Source of the DNA: Desulfurococcales archaeon
GTDB taxonomy: Archaea; Thermoproteota; Thermoprotei_A; Sulfolobales; NBVN01
DNA: 64,000 nucleotides
Assembly: GCA_027002995.1 (NCBI GenBank)
Contig: JALWZB010000155.1
Coordinates: forward strand, 26,365-90,364
Direction of reading: 5' to 3'
In this document: positions 62,638 through 64,000 of the stretch, one piece after another
How positions within the stretch are numbered: position 1 is the stretch's first letter
Layout of the letters: each line of letters begins with the position of its first letter
Notes under the pieces: model-generated
Seen by the model: the letters and a program-made list of their open reading frames with translations, nothing else
Database searches by the model: none
Told to the model about the DNA's origin: nothing
Translations under genes and position numbers: made by a program

Positions 62638-63849
62638 GTGTTTGAGGATCTTTTCGAGCTCATAAAGGATGCTAGTTTAGCCCTAAGGAACGTTGTTCAC
62701 AGGACGCCACTAACCTATTCAACATACTTCTCGAGGTTAACGGGAAAGAATGTTTATTTGAAGTTAGAGAACTTACAGAAGACTGGGTCCTTTAAGGTTA
62801 GGGGGGCCTACAATAAGATTCGGTCATTAATGCCGGAAGCCCATGAGCGAGGCGTGATAGCGGCATCGACAGGTAATCACGCTCAGGGCGTGGCGTACGC
62901 GGCAAGGGAATTAGGTGTTAAGGCAACAATAGTTATGCCTGAGACCGCCCCACCCTACAAAATCATCTCAACAAGATCCTATGGGGCTGAAGTATTACTT
63001 CACGGTAAGGTATATGATGATGCTTACAGGAAAGCCGTCGAGATCAGCATGAAGACCGGTGCTTACTTTATACATCCCTACGATGACCCGCTAGTCATAG
63101 CTGGTCAGGGAACCATCGGGCTCGAGATAAGTGAGGATCTGCCGCAGGTTGATGCCGTCATTGTCCCGGTGGGGGGCGGCGGGCTGATATCAGGTATAGC
63201 GATCGCATTGAAGAACGTAATCGGTGATCACGTTAAGGTCTACGGTGTGGAGCCCGCAGGCGCGCCGAAACTTAAGGAGGCACTGACACGTAACGCTCCC
63301 GTAACTATAACGCCCTCACCTTCACTGGCTGATGGCGTAGTTACTAAGGGCGTGGGTAGGCTAACTTTTCGCATCATGAAGGAGCTAGTGAGTGACGTCA
63401 TACTAGTTAGTGAAGATGACATAGCTAGGGCGATGTACTTAATGCTTGAGAGGGCCAAGCTACTCGCTGAGGGTGCCGGCGCATTACCCCTTGCGGCACT
63501 ACTGAGTAATCCTGATGCAATCGAGGGTAAGAACGTCGTTGCTGTAATTAGTGGCGGGAATGCAGACCTAACAACGCTTTACAGAGTGATTCTACGGGGT
63601 CTAATGGTTGAGGGAAGGATAGCTAAGGTTACGTTAATGCTTAAAGACGTGCCAGGCACCCTCGAACGCGCCTTAAAAGTAATCTCACAACTTCGGTGTA
63701 ACATAATAGATGTGAGGCACGACAGGTTAAGTCCGGAAATACTGCCAGGGTACGCACGTGTGGAGGTACTCATAGAGGTCCCAGACATCGAGACGTTGAG
63801 AACCTTGAAGAAGGAGTTAACGGAACAAGGTGTCGAGGTGATTCACTAG
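62638..63849 (+). CDS. ilvA: Threonine dehydratase (PLP-dependent, with C-terminal ACT-like regulatory domain)
   Basis: 403 aa. The PLP-lysine motif is TGSFKVRGA, the phosphate-binding loop is VGGGGLISG, and a ~80-aa ACT-like tail follows. Confidence 0.9.
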   Translation: MFEDLFELIKDASLALRNVVHRTPLTYSTYFSRLTGKNVYLKLENLQKTGSFKVRGAYNKIRSLMPEAHERGVIAASTGNHAQGVAYAARELGVKATIVMPETAPPYKIISTRSYGAEVLLHGKVYDDAYRKAVEISMKTGAYFIHPYDDPLVIAGQGTIGLEISEDLPQVDAVIVPVGGGGLISGIAIALKNVIGDHVKVYGVEPAGAPKLKEALTRNAPVTITPSPSLADGVVTKGVGRLTFRIMKELVSDVILVSEDDIARAMYLMLERAKLLAEGAGALPLAALLSNPDAIEGKNVVAVISGGNADLTTLYRVILRGLMVEGRIAKVTLMLKDVPGTLERALKVISQLRCNIIDVRHDRLSPEILPGYARVEVLIEVPDIETLRTLKKELTEQGVEVIH

Positions 63850-63851
63850 TC

Positions 63852-64000
63852 ATGACCCAATGCTTCAGCGTCAAGTTAATTATAAGCCCGCCTCCAGAAC
63901 TGTCACCGGAGCTACCTCAAGTGCTTAGAGAGCTCAAGAGGAAACTCGCGAGCCTAAATGAATGCCGTTGCAGTGGCGGGTCTTACCTCTATGTGTGTGC
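63852..64000 (+). CDS. Start of an unassigned ORF running off the window
   Basis: ATG at 63852, 2 nt after the ilvA stop. The frame stays open to the window end (MTQCFSVKLIISPPPELSPELPQVLRELKRKLASLNECRCSGG..). No family was recognised. Confidence 0.25.
   Translation, partial: MTQCFSVKLIISPPPELSPELPQVLRELKRKLASLNECRCSGGSYLYVC

Overview
This window looks like a 64-kb chromosomal segment of a hyperthermophilic crenarchaeon, probably Thermoproteales-like. That lineage guess is inference only, from an intron-containing tRNA, C/D box sRNAs, TATA-plus-leaderless gene starts, NAC, aCPSF2, archaeal DnaG, family B polymerase and heavily sequon-rich envelope proteins. Every family call comes from reading motifs in the supplied translations and DNA; no database search was possible.

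Gene density is high, with about 58 protein genes, 2 tRNAs, 1 textbook C/D box sRNA and 1 probable one. I found no rRNA and no CRISPR array.

- **1-41 kb:** mostly housekeeping and transport genes. These include NAC, aCPSF2, a MoxR-VWA pair, a circularly permuted GTPase, a heterodimeric ABC exporter, a KaiC-like ATPase with ferredoxin, PolB, DnaG, TrkHA, MscS, two large SF2 helicases, a three-subunit molybdo-flavo-FeS oxidoreductase and a Dpm1-like glycosyltransferase.
- **41.5-43.5 kb:** the most unusual stretch. It is a roughly 2-kb, otherwise non-coding gap carrying a 366-aa TnpB/OrfB-like RuvC protein that lacks the usual zinc ribbon. A GC-rich, palindrome-dense block of about 100 nt precedes it. 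Its stop codon sits inside four A-tracts phased at 10 bp, and a perfect C/D box sRNA follows.
- **44-57 kb:** a cell-envelope island. It holds a 1299-aa S8 subtilase, an NDP-sugar pyrophosphorylase, a 1193-aa glycoprotein with a serine-rich coiled-coil stalk and membrane anchor (a tetrabrachion/STABLE-like arrangement), a MacB-type ABC system and an OPT-like transporter.
- **57-62 kb:** a methanopterin-type (modified folate) biosynthesis cluster with DUF447, MptE-like, beta-RFAP synthase and RimK-type ligase genes.
- **62-64 kb:** an Lrp regulator and threonine dehydratase.
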